Assembly: GCA_026023565.1 (NCBI GenBank) | Contig: JAPETS010000010.1 | Location: forward strand, 248,001-312,000 | Direction of reading: 5' to 3' | DNA from: Cirrosporium novae-zelandiae | Lineage: Eukaryota | DNA: 64,000 bases | Shown: positions 51,785 through 64,000 of the stretch, piece after piece | Layout of the letters: each line of letters starts with the position of its first letter | Position numbering within the stretch: position 1 is the stretch's first letter | Notes under the pieces: model-generated | What the model was told of the DNA's origin: nothing | Seen by the model: only the letters and a program-made list of their open reading frames with translations | Database searches by the model: none | Made by a program: the position numbers and the translations under genes

Positions 51785-53290
51785 TTAATCTTTGTGCCTT
51801 GGCAGAACCGGCTGCTGCTGCTGCTTGTCATATTTTCCGTAGCATATATCTTCAAACCGCTTTGTCGCCTTTCCAAACAACGGTTCTATCCTCATTGTCC
51901 ACACATGGCAGAGAGACAATAATGCGATAGCAAAAGCTGGTAGAATGACACAGAGTGTCCACCCAGGCGGCATTGGGATATATTGTGGTGGCGGGGGCTC
52001 CTCGCCTTCTGGTGTTGGTGGTGGTGGTTGCGGGTGGAAATTCATGGCACCAACCCCGAATGTCATCCAGGCAAGTAATGAGCGCACCAGAGGCCCATGA
52101 AGAAGATAGATCGGGAAACTAGACGCACCAAGCCACATAAGAAATGGGTGCGTGAGAAGCCTTTTTAGGGTAGGTGAGAATAGAACCGCAAGACAGAGAA
52201 GTTGAGCACCGATACCAGACCAGAAGCGGCCTTGGTCACCACCGGCGGGGAATATAAACATTCCCAACCACATTAAGAAAGACGACCAGTTCGAGGTATC
52301 TGCATATTCAGTGGGGAAGGAGCAGAGGAAAAGTCCGATTATTGCGAGAGGGATAGTGAATATGTCGAGCTCTTTGGGTGGCTTCACGGTTATAGGATTC
52401 ATGGAAAGCTCGGCCAAAATCATGCCGGCATAGACATTCATGCCAACAAGACCTATAAAATAGTTTTAGTAGAAGACCAGAAAATAGAGGGGGGTGTACA
52501 TACAGTCACCCATGTACCAGCTCCACGAATATAAGCCGATCTCTGCGAAGACTCGCCATTTTGGGGTTGTATTGATTGTTGCTAGCAATGTCATAAATAT
52601 CAACACTGAACCCTTGAATAGATACAGCAGCGCCCATTGTGGTTGATCGTACGGGTTTTCAGCATCAGTCCACGTTGAAAGAATTGCCTTGAAAAAGTCT
52701 ATCACAGCGGCGGAGAATGATGGGCTCGGCAAAGGGGCTGTGGAACGCATCCAATAAGCGTCTGCTTGTTGAGCTACTGAGTATGCTCCGAGTTGACAGA
52801 GAGTCCAAGATAATAAGGTTGCTGCAGTTGCGGGCATAACCAACCTGCTAGTTCGACGAAATGAACTGTTAGCCAAAGCGGCAAGCGCAGCGTCTGTTTG
52901 AGCAGCTCTCGACTGTTTAACTGGTTTCAGCGAGTTCACGAATCCCATCAAAATAAAAAATATTGCCACCCAAGCTGTGCCTTGGACAATCAATCGAAAA
53001 AATGGTCGCTGGAAAATGTGTGTTCCACCTTCTGTCGCTGGAGGAATCAGAAATAGGGCGAAGCAAAGGACAAGATGGCTTGAGACGACGCCGAGAGATG
53101 CGAGACCACGTAAACCCTGGTAGAGAATATGTGGTTAGTAATTCAAGTTTTTCTGCGCAATGTAGTAGAGAGAACATACATCAGCCCAACTACTGTCCCG
53201 CAGTGGAGTGGAATGGCTGCCCGCAGCGCTCGTCATCTTGCGAATTGGTCGAAGGACCTGGGAAATGGATAGGACTTTTGTGAGTGTCAT
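51785..53290 (-). CDS. Acyltransferase family 3 integral membrane protein, three exons
   Basis: WAD/GLRGLAS across intron 1, VAIFFILMGFV, SFRRTSRL, YDQPQWAL, WLGASSFPIYLLHGP. Start could alternatively be the ATG at 53236. Confidence 0.88.
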
Positions 53291-55332
53291 GGAGATGATA
53301 TCATATCAGAACGACGGTACCAAGATAAGGGAAAGCTTGAAGAGTATTCGAATCCTTGGACGGACAAGGGGCGATTAATAAATGAGCATTAAAGCAATGC
53401 GAATATGCTGTGTATCGTTCACGGCTGTAGTGTAACCGAGTGAGAGCTAATGAGCGGAAGGAAGCTGCGTTCGTCCAGCAATATAAGGGGGGGGCCGGAA
53501 ATGAAATGGTGAACAGGTTTGATTCCGGGGGGGGGTGGGGGGGGGGGGTGATTTGAAAAGTTATAGATGATGATTATCTACTCAAAGGAATGAAGTAGGG
53601 AAAGATTTGAACAAGTATATCATTTGAAGGATAGCAAGGCAGGGCGGTTTTATTTTATTTATTTTTCTTTGCAGCAAAAAGAGAAGGGAAAGAAACAAAT
53701 AGATTTCATTCCAAGGCCGAGGTTTGCTAGACTCAAGAGGAACGTAGTCGTAGTTGTGGAGGCTTGAGGCTTAAAGGCTTAAAGGTTGATTTGTATTCGA
53801 GTAGGGCCTGGTGGAGGTTGTTGGTAGATCAAAAGAGGGAATGCGGAATTGTCAATTGTGGGAGGGATCTAACAATAATTCCTATCCTGTCCGTCCTGTC
53901 TGTCCTGTCTGTCTTTGTCCAAAGGAAGAATTTAAGAAATAAATCCCGATCCCCCGAGGATCCTGTTAACTAAACCCAGAGACCCATCGCTCAGGGCCCC
54001 ATAGCTAGGGCCTTGTGGCCTGTGGACTCTGGCCTTGTCCCCACTCCACTTTCTCCCTTTTCAGTTAATTATCTATGCCCAGTTTAGTGAATTATCCTTT
54101 TCCGTCATTTTGTCTCAACCCCCTGTCAGCTAGCTAATTGATGGCAAGGTGCGTAAGTTGATGATGAACCAGTCCTCCTCAACTTACCATCATTAATTAT
54201 TTGGTCTTTTTTGCCTTTGGCTGATCGACAGGGATAGAAGTTTAGATTTCACCTGGTTTTTCTTTCTCTTGGCACTTTCTTTCTCTTCGTATCATGAATT
54301 GCTTTTTTTCCTTTTAACAACCTGTTCACTTTCTTTTCAAAATGTGCTGATTTTCTACAATGACACCATTATGGGCGTTTTGGACAACTACACACGGTAA
54401 GTAAATATCATGGGTTATTTTCCTCAAGTGATGACAGCGGGAGGGCTTATAGCTGAAGCGCTTGCTTTTCTACTAATGTTTTGGAAAAGAGGCATAGCAC
54501 CTCTTGGCAGTGTGATCTTTCAACCCCAATCTGCATCATCAAGGAGACGAATCCTCAAATGCTTGTTTTATAGCCTTAGCTTCGATTGAGGAGCAGCCGC
54601 AAAGCAATCAAGATCTATCAGGTTCAGGTCCTATCACTATTGAAGTGCTGAAAGTCTGAAACATGGTCTCGGGCGCATACCCCCAATGATGGGGAAATCT
54701 ACGAAGCACCTGCCAACAATGTTAACGTACTCCAGAAGCCAGAGATCCTTTTCATTTCCAGCGACCCCGTATCGTTGATACTTACTCTACTCACCCCACA
54801 TATTGATTTCAGCCAACTCAAGGGCAACGACCACCGTTTTGCTTCCACCTCTAGCGAAAGGCCCACTTCTCGCCCTCATACTCTAGGTCCATCCATGAGT
54901 GCTTCGTTGACACGTCAATGAATGGAAATTGATACCAATAAATTATCGCGAAGAAATATGAACAATAAATGCTGAAGGAGATGATGGTGTTGAGTCTTTA
55001 AACATTGAGCGTCTACATATGTAGATACTGCAGGGGCTTATTTGCAAATGGTCATAACTTTCAAGAGGGCACTGTGAAGTTTTCAGGAGAGCTTTTGAAA
55101 AGACTTGCTGTTAAAATGATTGAAATTCTTGCGCGTACAGATCGTTAGCCCATGCTTTTTCCTTGCAGCTATATTTTATATCCACAATTCTAATGGAATG
55201 ACTTTTGATGTCGTCCTACTGCCTAAACAGCAGATACTAGGAAATGGAAAGTAACGAATAACGGCAACCATCAAATTCAAGGGTAATCATGTTGGACTCA
55301 CATTCTATTATGCTTTGTTATCTCATACATCA

Positions 55333-55680
55333 TTATCCAACAATATTCTTCCTAAAGTACCTCTCTTCGAACTTCACTCACTCTATACTGCCATATACCT
55401 TGAGTTTCTCATCCTCCAGTCTTTCTGAAGTAGCTGTTATGGCAACGACTCTACCTCCCGAAGTTACCAACTTTTCTTCTTTCAGTCTTGTATTACCATG
55501 AAAAACCATCGTACCTAATCAATGTTATTTTCGTATAGAAAAGAAAATAGGATACGATCCTTCAAACCATTCCCACCAACTGCAATGCTATCATTCAAAT
55601 TAATGTCAATGACCTTCCTGCGCCCGTGGGGATGTTCTTTCTCGGCCAGTATCACCGTGACTGCTGATTTGCTAGGCTCA
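55333..55680 (-). pseudogene. Second, degenerate GARS C-terminal domain directly following the PurD-like gene
   Basis: SAVTVILAEKEHP..GTMVFHGNTRLKEEKLVTSGGRVVAITATSERLEDEKLKVYGSIE*VKFEERYFRKNI parallels the first copy IIFHAGT..RTSGGRVIAIASTADTLEDAVVKAYKGV..YYRRDIA. Confidence 0.75.
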
Positions 55681-57012
55681 ACAGGTACTAAGGACCCTAT
55701 GAGCAATATCTCTGCGGTAATACTTCCCATCGAAATGAACCGCATCTACCCCCTTGTAAGCCTTCACAACTGCGTCCTCCAACGTATCCGCAGTAGATGC
55801 AATTGCAATAACACGACCCCCAGAAGTTCTCAATCTATCTTTCATGACAGTTCCCGCATGGAAAATAATCGTACTATCCTCAACGGCGTTCATGGATATC
55901 TCCGCCCCTGTGGGGTATGTTCCTGGATAACCAGGGGAAGCAACAATGACCACGGCACAAAACTGCCGCTTGTTCTCTATCTTCACTTCTCCTAGACGTC
56001 CTTCGGTACAGGCGATCATAAGGCCCGCCAGGTCCGTATTCAAGAGTGGCAGGATGGCCTGGGCCTCTGGATCACTAAATCGGGCGTTGTATTCAAGGAC
56101 TTTGGCGCCTTCATTGGTCATCATCAGGTTGAGGCACAACGCACCCACGAAAGGAAGACCTTTTTCACTATTAACACGAAACGAGGTAGCATTTAGAATT
56201 CGCCCGGACCTTACCCTCTTCTTGCATTCCGCTAATTGTTGGTTCTAGGATATTCTCTCTAATATTCTCAATATCGGCCTGTGAGAACTGTGGTGTGGTG
56301 GCGTAGCAACCCATCCCTCCCGTGTTTGGTCCCTTGTCTCCATCGAAGGCTGCTTTGTGATCCTGGGCAATTGGGAAGAGGGCAAAGCTTTTGCCGTCAC
56401 AGATCAGCGACACGCTCAGCTCCTGCCCAACCAAGAACTCTTCGATCACAACACTATCCCCTGCATCCCCGAATACTTTGTCTTTCATCATATGGCGGAG
56501 GGCCTCCAAAGCTTCATCGTTGCTGTTTGGCCCTTTCCTGCCGCCAATCCTGTTGCTTTAATCACAACTTTATGATCCACGGTCTGTACATATTCCGCAG
56601 CTTCCTCATAGGAAGAGAAGTCACGATAAGCCGCCGTTGGAATATGATGGCGGGTCATAAAAATTTTCGCCCAAGTCTTCGAGCCTTCAATCCGAGCTGC
56701 CCCCTTGGAGGGACCAAAGCAAGGAATCTTTGCATCTCTGAAGTATCCCTCAATACCAGCAACAAGTGGCGCCTCGGGCCTAAGAGCAACAAGGTCGATG
56801 ATGTTCTCCTGCGCGAATTTGACGAGACCTTCGTAATCATCAGCTCGCACGGTATCGACATTCCGCACCCTCTCCAGCCCAGCAACCGTTCATCCGTTGC
56901 TTGGTACCACAAATATCAATTCCACTCGAGGAGACTGGTTTAATTTCCAGGCATAAGCGCGCTCGTGGCCGCCCTCGCCTATCAAAAGGATGCGTAATTT
57001 ATCTTTCACCAT
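55678..57012 (-). pseudogene. Monofunctional phosphoribosylamine-glycine ligase (PurD/GARS) paralog, disrupted
   Basis: LRILLIGEGGHERAYAWKL, in-frame TGA at 56890-56892 (PSNG* where PGNGG is expected), IEGSK, frameshift after GLAAGKG near 56530, QDHKAAFDGDKGPNTGGMG, EYNARFSDPE, TSGGRV; no AIRS domain follows. Confidence 0.9.
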
Positions 57013-57449
57013 GATGTTAATGGAGAAGCAAAAAAAAAAAAATTCTTGTGTGGTTCGTATCTAAGTGAAAGATGGTTGATGGTTAAAGCACCAAGCTGAG
57101 CGATCTATGAATATTCTATGAGGTTGTGGTTACCCATTCAACTAATTGGGTTGGCGAGGGGACGTTCTAAGACATTTCCTTCACTCTCGGACGACTAACA
57201 TTAAAGAATATACCTAAGGTATATATTTGGAATCTATCTAATCACACTACATGTGTGAAAATTCAATTTTCTTGGAAATATGATTAATTAAGACAGTAAC
57301 ACTGACAACAAAGAAGCCAATAAATATATATATAGCCTCTCACTAATGAACAAATTTATTTGTGACTCAAAAAAATACATATCCATCATTTATTCAAGAG
57401 AAAAAAAAGAACCAGGGACATCAGAATTGGATTTTGATACGAGAAGACA

Positions 57450-58690
57450 AAGGAATCAAACTGTTACTTCCTGTTATCATGAGGTCGGTCTCGATCTTCG
57501 CTCCTATCCATCCAGCAGAGATTGCTCTTGATACGGTCCAACAGATTCGCAAGACAACTATTATAATTCATAGTATCTGAAAATCTCTGGCGAGACCAAT
57601 ACGTAATATACCAATATACCAACAATTCTCCAGCGAAAGCTGACCATATCCACCGAAGCTTTTTTTCTTCAAATGTGAGAGAACCTCCCAAATATCGGGC
57701 TCTTTTTCAAATTTCGTGATGTCTTGGAACTGCATATCAAGTTTTAAAGTGATGATTGTGTTAAAAGAAAGGGAAGTTGTTTTACACAGAGAGAGTACAG
57801 GTTGTATATATATTCTCCTATCCGAAACAAAAGGGGAAAAAACTATTAACTGTAATTAAGGAAATCACGCAAAAAGCATTAATTCGCTATATCTTTGCGG
57901 CCAATTGTATCGAAGGACCGGGGGGGAATATCGGATTCCAGTTTCTCGGTAATTATTATGGCCAGACTCGGTGCTGAGATCTAAAATAGAGGCAAGTAAA
58001 AGAAACATGACGCATACGGCTATTTTCTTTCTGACAAGAACTTTGGAAGGGAGGCGAGAACTCCCCAAGTATTAGACGTTCAATGAAAGACAGGTAGGTG
58101 CCTTCATCATACCATTCTCCAAGTGAACCACGAGGAGATTGTGTTAGGACAAGGGAATATTAGGCCTTAGAGATGATAGAACAAGGTTGAGCAAACTAGG
58201 TGAAGGGGGCTTTAATAGATGTTATCATGAATCCATGTAAAGGGGAGTAGAATGCTTGCTGGTGCAGTAATTTGGCTTGCGAAGGGCCTCCTCGTCACCA
58301 TTTTTTTGGAACACTATCATATACCACCGATAGCTTCTTGCTAAAAAACACTCCTAGACTCGGAGAAGTCTCGAAGATACACATAACTATTGCTGACGGC
58401 CTCAAGATCTCCCAATGAGCAAAAAACAATTGGAAGCATATCAAGGGAAAGCAATGTTTCGGAGACATCTACACCGTATCCGAATCTCAAATCAAGGATG
58501 CAATGAGACTTATCATGGAAAAAGTCAACATGTTTGTTGAATCAAGTTCTGCGGTACCACTGGCCGCAGCACTATTCAATAAGGAATTCGGATCTTGGAA
58601 CGGCACAACCAGCCTAAACAATGGAAGATAAGGAGTGTTGTTCTTAGCAGAGAGAGGAAACATCAGCTTGAATATTAAGCTTTTGAGCCT
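57450..58690 (+). pseudogene. PLP-dependent serine racemase / Ser-Thr dehydratase (SRY1-like) pseudogene; boundaries approximate
   Basis: Fragments in order: FFKCE-NLPNIG..FKFRD near 57665 (PLP-lysine motif), NHEEIVLGQG..ALEMIEQ near 58125, TIADGLK..NWKHI..IYTVSESQIKDAMRLIMEKVNMFVESSSAVPLAAALFNKEF near 58386-58590; stops and frameshifts throughout. Confidence 0.82.
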
Positions 58691-59423
58691 CTTTTTAGCA
58701 AACAAACATTAATAGTTGCATGTATTTTCCAACTTGGTGAAATGGTCTATACTTTATTAAATTAGATTTTGCTACACGAGGCATAATTATCGGGTTGAAG
58801 GGACCATCCATAGATCCAGGGCATAAACTAGATACTGTAGATATACAAAACGTCCAAACCCTGAAAATGGGCTGCTCAAGGCATGGACTAGATATTCCGG
58901 AACACATTATTCTAAGAAGTAATAATGCATGCTTGATAAACCTAGAAATAGTTGCATAGTACTCGGCATTAATATACCATTCAACCGATTTCTTAGATCT
59001 TGTTAGCAACAACAACCCCAATCGAGTTCTCCCTACATGCGTTAGGTTTCTCAATGAATTGAATTTGCTGCACGCGCTCAATCCTAAGATTATTTTTTTT
59101 GGAAACGATATGGGACCAATAATAAAAGACAGTAATCATGAGCTGGCTGGCAAAACGATAAAAAAAATAATAGTAATTGAAAGAATTGTAGCAAGAATAA
59201 ACTTTGGAGCGTGTACATGTAAGCCGAGCTCAAGCGCAGGTTGTCTCAGTTGTACACTCCGGCAAGAACAAACTCTGTTGGGTGAAGTCGGCATAAACAG
59301 CCGTAGGCGAAATGAACTTACTGGAGTTATGCTTGCAGAGAATTTTTGGCTGAACACGTGCCAATCTAAGTTGTTGTTTAGGTATTAAAACACAAGTATA
59401 GAGACAGGTAATTTCATAGACAG

Positions 59424-59481
59424 ACACGTAGAGAGACATGTAGAAAGACATGTAGAGAGACATGTAGAGAGACATGTAGAG
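59424..59481. repeat. Tandem repeat, 12-bp unit (ACATGTAGAGAG) x~5
   Basis: Visible periodic copies. Confidence 0.9.
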
Positions 59482-60767
59482 GGTCCAGTGAGAGACACGA
59501 CTAGGGGCCGAGGCAAAGAAAGAGCGACTCTACCTTTAGTATTCTGGTACCAGCAAAAAGAGCCACAAAAAAAAACTAGAAAAAGTAAACTGCTTCTAGC
59601 CATAATACGGAAAACCGGCTCGAAAATTTTCGGATTTTGTAGTTTACTTCCAGCTGAACCAATGTTCTACTGATCACTCTGGTCTTGAGGCTCTCTTTGG
59701 ATCTTGAGAAGGCTGTGTCAACCTCGAGAGTTTTGAAAGACATCGAGATGCAAGGTCATCCAATAGGAGATGAGCATGGACAACCTATGGAGGATGGTCA
59801 TACCAAAAGTGCGCAATTTTTTTGGCTTCTTTCCTTCTTCTTGTGAACCTCCAGCCTTGTCACCATCATCCTTCACCGCAAGGCTGCATACCACTCGCAG
59901 CAAATTATAGTCAAAGGTTATAAACCCACAGTTATCATTATCCCGTCATGCTCCTCGGCCGGCCTTCACTAGTTATGACATGACATTTGGCGGGGTTGTA
60001 TGTGGTAACTGGCGAATAATTGTGATTGCCTCCCTGGCTCGGTAATTCTTGTGAGGCTCGAGGACAACCAAGATAGGAAGGAGAGCCTTGCGGGTTGTCA
60101 TCGGGTCTATATTATTCACTTCCAACTCTTGGTAAAGAAAAAATATACAACCGTACGAGGGTTCTAAAGGTGAAAGCAAGTTCTGGTTCGATTAGATAGG
60201 GATCGGGCATTACACAGATGTAAAGGTCATTCCGTGCGCTGGACCGGGGTCTGAATGTAAGCGGATAGCGTCCAAGCATAGTGTCCTAAAATTCTTTCTA
60301 ATCATTAGCAAATTCATGGAAAAAGCACAAAGGCTTTTGGCATTGGAAGAAGAGGTGAAAGTGTCAAAAGTAATGTGTGATCTGGACTGCTGTTAACGCA
60401 GTGGGGCGGATGGGATGACCATAAAAGTTTGCTGGTGGATAGACGGCGACGGGGAAGATGGGGAGAGAAAGTCAGGGAAGAGAAAAAATTAAAAAAAAAA
60501 ATTCTTAATGGCAAAGTTGTCAAGTTCTTGTTTTGGTTGTCAGGATTTTTTCTGCCGCTGAAGGGTGGGACGGTGTGTGGATGGGGGGGGTGGTCAGGGA
60601 ATGGGCTGCAACATAGCGGCGGTTGGCTTGTATTGTCTTTGTATGGTCATTGGCGAGACGCAGCGAATAGGAATACAAGGTTATCAAGGATATGGGAAGG
60701 ATATGAGATTTGAAAAGGCTGAAAAGTAAAATAGGGGCTTGTACTAGTCCCGATATGGTTTAGTCTA

Positions 60768-60833
60768 TGACTCTGGGTGGCGTAGTAGGCCGTTTCCGTC
60801 GATGACTCAGGCCGAAATCCGTGAGTATATAAG
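60768..60833 (+). promoter_or_regulatory. Putative TBP promoter: TGACTC(A) sites (Gcn4/CpcA/AP-1 type) and a TATA box
   Basis: TGACTC near 60768, TGACTCA at 60803-60809, TATATAAG at 60826-60833, followed by an ATG-free stretch. Confidence 0.5.
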
Positions 60834-61649
60834 AAAGCTGCACCCCCAAAAATTTTGGGAAGTTTTTGTTCGTCTGGTCTTGGCGCTGGTTATTTACACA
60901 CCCTCTACCATAATAGACACTATTGACACCCCTCGCGCAGAGTTCTCACAGACATTGAGGTTTATTCCATCCTTCATCTGTGAATCTTGCTCCCCACAAA
61001 ACCAGCTGCGAATTGTCATCCACAAAAGTGCTCCTTACAATTGCACTTATCATTCCCTAACGAGGTTACCACTAAAGAAGCTAGTGTCGCTTCTCAATTG
61101 ATCGTAAAAAAACCTATATCTCATCCTCGATCTCACGGGTTACCCATACCTTCTCACCACGAGCATCACTCTACCCAATCCATCCAGGTCAAAATATTCC
61201 TGTCGTATACTCACCCGACTCTCAAGTCGCATATATCCAAGGCCGACTGGTACTGCCTCGGATTCGCATTCGTTGATTTCATCCATCGACTTGAGTGTTC
61301 ACGCATCAAGCTCAAGGCACGTGAGTAGGGGAGACATTGATTTGTTAATCTCCCACAAACGGTACGGTGACACCAACTTCCACAAAATACCCCACCTAAA
61401 CACAACTTCACCAAAACATCTCCCACCTTCAACCTACCTAGTCGCAACTTGTACTCGAACTCTCCGTCTTAACTGAGATTGGAGTACGATCGCGACGACA
61501 AAATACCCTTGACCTCACCTCACCTATACCTAAAAGCCCATTCCTCTAACGATTCCCTGGTCGCAGACTGCCTTGCATCAACACTTCATCTCTCCTTAAG
61601 AAATCATCGACCTGAGCTTTATCCAGGTTCTAAGCCGTCATACGTCACA

Positions 61650-62677
61650 ATGGAGACTCTCACCACTCATCCATCTACTGCACAACAGGCAAAGGCCTTC
61701 ACCTCTCCCGCTTCGCTATCCTTCCCTGGAGGAGCCGGAGACCTAACGCCACCTTCGTCTGAGAAAGACGGAAACCAACTGGTGATGGGGAACTCTGGAC
61801 AACAAAATGGCGCAAATGGTTATGTGAATGGTCAGCAGCAACAAGGAGGAAATGCCTCGACAAATGGCAATGGGGTGACCCCCGCGACTCCTGCTGCTAC
61901 TCCTGGTGCTGGACAAGGTGTCAGTGGTATTGTACCTACTTTACAGTGAGTATGATCCTTACGCCTCGCTATCTTTATGACGAGGCTTAAGCTTTATCTT
62001 CTCATAGAAACATCGTTGCTACGGTCAACCTTGTAAGTATTAAATGTCTCTTCGTTGCGAGTTTGCAAAAGCTAACCGTCCAAGGATTGCCGCCTTGACC
62101 TTAAAACGATCGCGCTTCATGCTCGTAATGCTGAGTACAATCCAAAGGTAATAGGATGAAGTCTATTTTCACTCAATCCAACACTAACTCTCCCAGCGTT
62201 TCGCGGCTGTCATTATGCGTATCCGCGAACCCAAAACCACTGCCCTGATCTTCAGCTCTGGCAAGATGGTTGTCACTGGAGCTAAATCCGAAGCCGATTC
62301 AAAGCTCGCCTCTAGAAAATACGCTCGTATCATCCAGAAGCTCGGGTTCAATGCGAAGTTCATGGAATTCAAGATTCAGAACATTGTTGGCTCTACCGAC
62401 ATCAAGTTTCCCATCCGTCTTGAAGGACTTGCAAGTCGCCATCACCACTTCAGCTCTTATGAACCTGGTTAGTTATTATCATAACCTTTAGTTATGCAAT
62501 CTAACCTCTTGTTTAGAACTCTTCCCTGGTCTCATCTACCGCATGATCAAACCTAAGATTGTGCTGCTCATCTTCGTCAGCGGAAAGATTGTACTCACAG
62601 GAGCCAAAGTGAGAGAAGAGATCTACCAAGGTTTCGAAATGATCTATCCTGTGTTACAAGACTTCCGAAAGGTGTAA
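61650..62677 (+). CDS. SPT15: TATA-box-binding protein, five exons
   Basis: [74 protein letters not shown], ending FRKV*. Confidence 0.98.
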
Positions 62678-64000
62678 ACCTTGATCCTAACACATTCTGA
62701 TCGATCATTCTCTTCGCTGTACCATCAGTACTTCCATCCAACACCTTTGTATTAATACGGATACATGGTTCATGCTCGTGCTCGTGCTTATGCATTTTCA
62801 ATGGCGTTCTAGCGATTTTTTTCAAGGATACCTAAAGTGACGGTTTTTTCTCGCTATGATCTTTTCCTTTTTTTACACGCACGTTTATCAAGCACCATTA
62901 GAAAGTCGCACTTCTAGCTTATAAAGCAAAGTGTGCGCTGGTTGTGAGAACCCAAGGAGGCTTTTTCTTAATTTCTCCATGTTTCCAGGCGTCACATAAG
63001 GTCGTGTGTTTTCTGGGCTGTTATCTTTGAAAACGGCGGTCAAAGGCAGTCGAGGTTTTTTTTTTGCTCCAGGGCTCACTTGTCCTTGGGATCTGGAGCG
63101 TACAGACTTTAAATTTTTAAGTGGACACAAGGGCAAACAAACAAAGATTGCTGAAGCTTTCGCGAGATTGATAAATGTCGTGGCTTTGCTATGAGATGGT
63201 GTGAGAAAGCCAAACTACCTCTCTAGCTACGGTGAAGTGGTGGGTGGGTTGTGGGCAAGTCTGTGGATGGAAATGGCAAATGGCAATCGTTGGTTGATAA
63301 TGGATGGAGCAAAGTCTTATGCTATGTGTACAAATCTTTATTGACTCCAATCGTGAAGGACGTGGATGGCTGTTCTTTTTTTTTTCTTTGGAGGATTATC
63401 TCTGGCTACAGAACATTTTGTGGCTTTCATCATCATGAGGTCTTTCCATAATGGATGGCCGTTTATAATCCTCTCATAAAAGAAGTCAGCTGAACAGGAC
63501 CTTGACAGCAAAGCAAAGTTAAGCTACTGAGCGAGAGGAGCAAAACAAATACACAAACCAAAATAGCTTAGACTGGATGTTCTTATTCATAAGACAGAAT
63601 TAAAAAAAAAAACATTTATGGTTAAAAAATATTCCTTTTGATTCCGCTGTTTTGTTTTGTTTTTCTGTAGGGAGAAAGAAAGAGAGAGGGTGTGACAATA
63701 CTTTTTTTCCCTTTTTCTTGTTTCAAGCGAATCGTTGTACTGTATGTACATATACATACTTCTCCTGCCCAGCGCTAACAAGAGCAAATCATATCCAAGT
63801 TTCAACAAAATGGGTACATGTACACAGTAACCATTAAGATATTTTCAGCCTCGGTAGACTAGAGAGAGCCAAGAAAGTGATGCCTAGAATGAACATTGAT
63901 GCGATACCAACCAACTAAATATAATTAATTCACTCCCAAACAAAGTAAGCAAGCGCTCTCTCGAGAAGAAAACCAAATCAAATCAAATCAAATCTCCAAC

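Noticed and set aside
55678..57012. RIP as the cause of GARS decay
   Set aside because: The G-to-A changes I could infer at conserved motifs are mostly not in TpG/CpA context, and indels are present.
59200..60500. Telomerase RNA candidate (GCTGTTTAT-GCCGACTT pseudoknot-like text, an 8-bp long-range complement)
   Set aside because: No 1.5-repeat CCCTAA-type template on either strand and no A-rich triplex strand; cannot be supported without knowing the species' telomere repeat.

Overview
Nuclear DNA of a filamentous ascomycete. Short GT-AG introns with CTAAC/CTGAC branch points and the TBP N-terminus point to Eurotiomycetes (inference). Intact genes: the 3' part of an ankyrin-repeat (NLR-like) protein, a secreted GH43 hydrolase, a pectin methylesterase, Ish1/Msc1, a 2OG-Fe(II) dioxygenase, three hypothetical proteins, HMG-CoA synthase, an intron-containing tRNA-Val(CAC), coronin, cystathionine beta-synthase, a ubiquitin E2, an acyltransferase-3 protein and TBP. 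The long AT-rich intergenic regions hold elements the ORF track misses or shows only as fragments: (1) two hAT-type MITEs, each with a perfect 8-bp target-site duplication; (2) a decayed LSL-type haemolytic pore-forming lectin gene; (3) short fragments of the conserved genes BUR1 and striatin lying side by side; (4) a decayed head-to-head pair of a monofunctional PurD/GARS paralog (with a duplicated C-domain) and a PLP-dependent serine racemase/dehydratase, possibly the relic of an undescribed nucleoside pathway; (5) structured non-coding islands, one with Pol III A and B boxes; (6) an 845-nt AUG-free stretch before the TBP start codon. All homologies were recognised by eye from remembered family motifs and need database confirmation. 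Exon boundaries were placed manually.
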